A stretch of 63,594 bases of DNA, counting the filler, from Collodictyon triciliatum (Eukaryota): assembly GCA_043381765.1 (NCBI GenBank). It is 5 parts of 5 records of this genome, joined end to end, with 100 filler letters (N's around TTAATTAATTAA, not from the genome) between each part and the next. Parts side by side here need not be neighbours in the genome. Positions count along the whole stretch, not along the records: positions 53,277 to 61,253 come from JBHJMP010001351.1; positions 61,354 to 63,594 come from JBHJMP010001486.1; 3 more parts are not named here. One strand, given 5' to 3'. Positions 60,504-63,594 of the stretch are shown piece by piece. The notes below the pieces were generated by a model. The model was given only the letters and a program-made list of their open reading frames with translations. It was not told where the DNA came from and searched no databases. Within the stretch, counting starts at the first letter, position 1, and the number at the start of each line of letters is the position of its first letter. Both the position numbers and the translations under genes were made by a program.

Positions 60504-60769
60504 TTATTTTGGGAACAAAACAGCGTTTGGGGCTGTAAATGCGTTTGGAGTGCGAACCGTTTTCAGAGATGGGATTTCTTCTGGTGTCAGAAACGGTGAA
60601 TATAAAGTGAAAACCAAAACGCATATTCTCACAACAGTCGCATGAAGGAATCATGTTCGCGAAGACAGTAAGCCATCAACAGACGAAGCGAGAAGGGCAC
60701 GGCACTCTGGAAGCAAAATGTAGCAGGGATTGACAAGAACAAAATTATGAAACCAACCGCAGGACGAGC

Positions 60770-61151
60770 ATGAACGTAAGGATCGCTTTTGTTGCCGTGG
60801 TGATGTTGTTCGCCCTGGCAAACGCCCAGACACAGCCGATCAAGCATGTTGTTGTTCTGATGCAGGAGAACAGGTCTGTCGGTCATCACTTTTCTTTGCC
60901 CACTACTATACTTTAGCCCCCGCTTTATTGCGTCCTGGTGCCCACGTCTCTTAAGGTCGTGCATGTGCCAAACAAGACGACTCACATGAAAAGCAGGAGC
61001 TGAACCCTGGCGACTAACCAGAGCTTTACTGCGTAGGAGCTTTGACCATATGATGGGCTTCTTCAATCGCCTCAATCCTGAGATAAACGGCCTGCGAGGT
61101 GGCGAGTCCAACCTGGTCGACCTTGCTGATCCTGCCTCACCCTACGTCACG
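60770..61151 (+). CDS. Phosphoesterase-family (non-specific phospholipase C / AcpA-like) secreted enzyme; first two exons only
   Basis: Signal peptide [19 protein letters not shown], then [20 protein letters not shown]...INGL.G.ESN; truncated by linker. Confidence 0.9.
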
Positions 61152-61160
61152 GTTTGGCTG

Positions 61161-61198
<38 letters not shown>

Positions 61199-61253
61199 CC
61201 CCAAACAATTTAAAAACTCTTTAAAAAAAAAATTCATTAACCCAGTAGTATTT

Positions 61254-61353
61254 NNNNNNNNNNNNNNNNNNNNNNNNNNNNNNNNNNNNNNNNNNNNTTA
61301 ATTAATTAANNNNNNNNNNNNNNNNNNNNNNNNNNNNNNNNNNNNNNNNNNNN
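61254..61353. other. Artificial contig linker N44-TTAATTAATTAA-N44
   Basis: Same 100-bp linker. Confidence 0.97.
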
Positions 61354-61620
61354 TTATCATTCATTTATCATTCATTTATCATTCATTTATCATTCATTTA
61401 TCATTCATTTATCATTCATTTATCATTCATTTATCATTCATTTATCATTCATTTATCATTCATTTATCATTCATTTATCATTCATTTATCATTCATTTAT
61501 CATTCATTTATCATTCATTTATCATTCATCCAACATTCATTTATCATTCATCCAACATTCATTTATCATTCATCCAACATTCATTTATCATTCATCCAAC
61601 ATTCATTTATCATTCATTTA
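61354..61620. repeat. (TTTATCATTCA)n 11-bp minisatellite with CCAAC variants
   Basis: Direct reading at contig start. Confidence 0.95.
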
Positions 61621-61719
61621 CCTGTCTATCTTTATTGAAGTTCCATATGTCAACACGTAGTTAAATTATTCTTACGGCGCATCATTATCTTTTTTTTCTT
61701 TCATATATCATTTACAAAG

Positions 61720-63460
61720 CATCTAATCCCTCGTATCCACTCCAGATGCACCCGAAGTCCACGAATGGAGGCGGCTCGTCGACATTGCCCCTGGCCCTTG
61801 CTCCCTTTTCGTCGACGGAGCGAAAGACTCTGATGTGATTCAAGGTCACCTGGGAGATTGCTACTTTCTCGGCGCGCTGAGCGGTTTGTCCTCTGTAAAT
61901 CTCCCATCTGAAATGAATGCAAATTCACTTTGTCGTCTTAGCCTCCATCAAACCACCACGCGCAAATGTTTTCTGGTACTCCCTTTCTCCAACTTCATTT
62001 TTTTTTCTCCTCGGCGCACTTGAGAATGCCCTCTTTAATCTTATTTTTCTTTTCTATTTCTGGGTCATATTGTTTTTGGCTTTCCTTGACATGGCCTCTT
62101 ACGCAAGAAAGTTGGCGGTGCTTTTATCTTAAAATATACGCATGAGGGTTGAAAAGCAATTAACAGAATACAATATACTTAGTGCTTACCACGCGGCCTG
62201 ATTTGTTTCCTCGTTTTTTGCTCGAGTCCTATCCACAATACAGTCTTTTCATGGCGCAGTTTTACAAAGAAGGCGAATGGAAAGTAATTTATCTGATTCA
62301 CTCCAAAACTACTCTCGTCATATTTTCTATTGTTGGGGCTAATCTTTGCAGTCAAAGTCGCAAGGAGATCATCTTCGATGGTCAATTTTTAAGAGTAAAG
62401 AAACATTAATCATCACAGCAAGTAATTGTGGATGACTATATACCTGTTGGTGAAGACGGAAAACCTGTTTATGGGAGAAGCTCGAATCGTTAGTTTTTTT
62501 TTTAATCAACCCTCTGGGCCTCGTTCCAGTAATTTTATACGTAGCTGGATATATCGCGCATATTTTTATACTATTCACGTTGTACTTTTCTCTATCATAT
62601 TTTGTGGCAGCCAATGAGTTATGGGTTCCGATTCTTGAAAAGGCATATGCAAAGATTCACAAGTGCTATCATAATCTTGATGGCGGGAGCACTTCACAAG
62701 CCCTTGTTGATTTGACTGGTGGTGTTCCAGAGAAAATGTACTGCTGTTATTATTTCCTATTAATATACCTTCGACTAATTTTTTAGCTAAATTTTACACA
62801 TTCAATTACTTTTTTTTTTTCGTAATTGCAGAGAAATAATGGATGAATCCTTTTTCATCCTTTGCGGTGTATTGAAAACCATAATGAATAATACTATGCA
62901 TTAGTGATTTGGACGATAAGAGAGTCGCCGCTACGTTCAGAACTGGAGAGTTCTGGAAAAAACTGATTCGATTCCAAGCAGAAGGGTTCGTTCCGATGGT
63001 GTTATGATTCACATTTGTATATAATTTATCCACACTTTTATTTTCTCTAGATTCGATTTATTTTGAATCAACTTTTCTTAATTTTCGAAAAAGTTCGGCA
63101 TATTACCATAAATGATTTTCAGACTTATTATTGAATTTCTCCTTACCAAGGTTTCTAATGGGCTGTGGAATGAGTGTTGAAGGAGAGGGAGAAAACGATT
63201 TTGCTGGTGTCGGAATTCTGCAAGTTTGTATTTGTACAAATAATTTATAAAATTGTTGCATTTTTCAATTTCCAGTTTTTTTTATTCTTATTATTTTCTC
63301 TATATGCACACACGACATTCAAGAGAAAAGAATTTACGTCCGCAACATTCCTTTAATTCCAAGTGTGATGAATTCTTTTACTCCAACAGAATCACGCTTA
63401 CGGCATCATCAGTATTACAGAAACATCCACAGGACACAAGCTGCTTCGCATCAGAAATCC
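61720..63460 (+). CDS. Calpain-family cysteine protease catalytic domain (partial, multi-exon)
   Basis: DVIQGHLGDCYFLGALS (catalytic Cys), VIVDDYIP, ELWVPILEKAYAKIH...ALVDLTGG, NHAYGI (His) and LLRIRNP (Asn): intact triad. Confidence 0.93.
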
Positions 63461-63594
63461 GTAATTTTTTTTACTGATGCTCGTTTCTTNNNNNNNNNNN
63501 NNNNNTTCTGTTTCTGTTTCTGTTTCTGTTTCTGTTTCTGTTTCTGTTTCTGTTTTTGTTTTTGTTTTTGTTTTTGTTTTTGTTTTTGTTTTTG

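Overview
AT-rich, intron-dense nuclear DNA from a unicellular eukaryote (protist; species not identifiable from the sequence alone). It is not one locus: five pieces are joined by artificial 100-bp linkers (N44-TTAATTAATTAA-N44), and there are three ordinary N gaps. Genes, reconstructed by hand across GT-AG introns: a membrane-anchored GH31 alpha-glucosidase, a cAMP-receptor-like GPCR, a divergent CCT/BBS-type chaperonin, a partial multi-TM protein, one LRR-RING-Bbox-Bbox-coiled-coil-NHL gene, a DUF4062-NACHT-TPR protein ending in a CaaX box, OSCP1, a truncated mitochondrial acyl-CoA-synthetase-fold protein, tRNA-Leu(CAG), SART3/Prp24, an orphan multi-TM ORF, an LRR-Roc-COR-DUF4062 Roco protein, a phosphoesterase-family PLC fragment and a calpain fragment. 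Most notable: (i) at least eight 23-29 bp poly(A)-tailed inserts (core TTTGAATCGAATAAAGG), each flanked by a 12-18 bp target-site duplication. They sit in introns and match the 3' terminus of a LINE fragment in the window. (ii) Two LINE ORF2 fragments end in PIP-box-like motifs. (iii) There are unusual immune-receptor-like domain fusions, with one-repeat-per-exon structure. Exon boundaries are manual predictions without transcript support.
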